Assembly: GCF_033791185.1 (NCBI RefSeq)
Contig: NZ_JASJHF010000014.1
Coordinates: forward strand, 46-64,045
Source of the DNA: Moritella sp.
Lineage (GTDB): Bacteria > Pseudomonadota > Gammaproteobacteria > Enterobacterales > Moritellaceae
Reading direction: 5' to 3'
DNA: 64,000 nucleotides
Positions within the stretch are counted from its first letter, which is position 1. The number at the start of each line of letters is the position of its first letter. A program made the position numbers and the translations under genes. Of the stretch, positions 63,075-64,000 are shown piece by piece. The notes beneath the pieces were generated by a model. The model worked only from the letters and a program-made list of their open reading frames with translations, made no database searches and was not told the DNA's origin.

Positions 63075-63788
63075 ATGACCAATAGGGATCGTTGTGCTGT
63101 CAGCGAGCGATTAGCGTTACGCTGGCAAACATTATTACAAGACAATTTTAGTCACCTTACTATTGCGCAGATACAGCAAGCTTGGGCACGCTTGTTATCG
63201 CATTACCAAGAGCTGCATCGTCATTACCATGATATTAACCATATTGAAGGCTGTTTTATTTGGTTTGACCGCATAGAAGACCAACTGGATGATCCATTAG
63301 CTGTGGCGTTGGCCATTTGGTTTCATGACATTATTTATGATGTCAGGCGCAGTGACAATGAAGTGAAGAGTGCCCAGTATGGCGTAACGGCGCTGACTAA
63401 CTTTTCGGTATCAACGACCTTGGTGCAAAAGGTGTATGAGCTAATCTTACTTACTCAGCACCCAAGTAAGCCAACAGGCATGATTAATAGTGTGTCTGAC
63501 TCTTTCTTCAACCGCACTCACAATGATGTACTGACGAATATCCATGATCAGGCGTTATTTCTAGATATTGATTTAACTATATTAGGCCAGAATAGCGCTA
63601 TTTATGCACACTATGAAAACGCCATCCGCAGCGAGTATCAACATGTGCCGTTGTGGGTGTATAAATTAGCGCGTAAACGGTTACTTAAACAGTTTTTACG
63701 TCAGCCGATGATTTATTATTCAGATTATTTTAAAGAAAAATTTGAATGCCAAGCCAGAGTGAACATACAATCAGTGCTTAAGCCATAA
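63075..63788 (+). CDS. Predicted HD-superfamily metal-dependent hydrolase (COG4339-like)
   Basis: YQELHRHYH, WFHDIIYD..RSDNEVKSA, DIDLTILG, IRSEY. Confidence 0.85.
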   Translation: MTNRDRCAVSERLALRWQTLLQDNFSHLTIAQIQQAWARLLSHYQELHRHYHDINHIEGCFIWFDRIEDQLDDPLAVALAIWFHDIIYDVRRSDNEVKSAQYGVTALTNFSVSTTLVQKVYELILLTQHPSKPTGMINSVSDSFFNRTHNDVLTNIHDQALFLDIDLTILGQNSAIYAHYENAIRSEYQHVPLWVYKLARKRLLKQFLRQPMIYYSDYFKEKFECQARVNIQSVLKP

Positions 63789-63804
63789 TGGAATACATTG
63801 AATC

Positions 63805-64000
63805 ATGATTATTAATGGAGCGCCGAGTCAAGCTGTCGCGATTGCCGACCGCGGTTTTAATTTTGGTGACGGGCATTTCACCACTATCAAAATGGCCGCA
63901 GGACAAGCACAGTTGTTAGCTCTGCACATGGCGCGGTTACAGCAAGCGTGCGCGGCGTTAGCCATTGAGTTTAGCCAATGGGATGAACTGATTGCGGCAA
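63805..64000 (+). CDS. pabC: Aminodeoxychorismate lyase, 5' part (runs off the window)
   Basis: MIINGAPSQAVAIADRGFNFGDGHFTT...HMARLQQAC, the PabC DRGxxFGDGxFTT motif; not in the supplied ORF track. Confidence 0.88.
   Translation, partial: MIINGAPSQAVAIADRGFNFGDGHFTTIKMAAGQAQLLALHMARLQQACAALAIEFSQWDELIAA

Overview
Core-chromosome window from an AT-rich marine gammaproteobacterium. The gene content (stand-alone PfaE-type PPTase, three short flagellins plus Maf, aa3-type cytochrome c oxidase) points to Moritella or a relative; this is an inference. Order: end of a polar flagellar locus (flgK end, flgL, three flagellins, flaG, fliD, fliS, fliT, maf); Bcr/CflA exporter and CinA; a sensorless histidine kinase with a membrane-anchored partner; cysB; a wax-ester/TAG synthase; sdaA; a cox cluster split by an autonomous pyrC; tig-clpP-clpX-lon-hupB-ppiD; sapABCDF directly back-to-back with tyrR; DUF3108 and cobQ; pdxH, grxA, pssA; HlyU-like, msrA and an M50 peptidase. 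An accessory stretch (about 51-59 kb) follows: PfaE-like PPTase, TauE exporter/MocR regulator pair, a Cys-rich lipoprotein with a TNT/ART-like signature, an internally deleted DUF4344 gene and a Zur-boxed metal uptake operon. The window ends with yfbR, alaA, PaaI, ugpQ-like, an HD-like gene and the start of pabC. No tRNA/rRNA, transposase, prophage or CRISPR array was seen. Best candidates for undescribed biology: (1) the Zur-boxed porin + binding protein + permease operon with no ATPase and an apparently shortened coupling loop; (2) the lipoprotein with a possible NAD-glycohydrolase/ART fold; (3) the helically phased GATC array and interlocked operators in the TauE/MocR divergent promoter. 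All family assignments are from motif recognition by eye; no searches were run.
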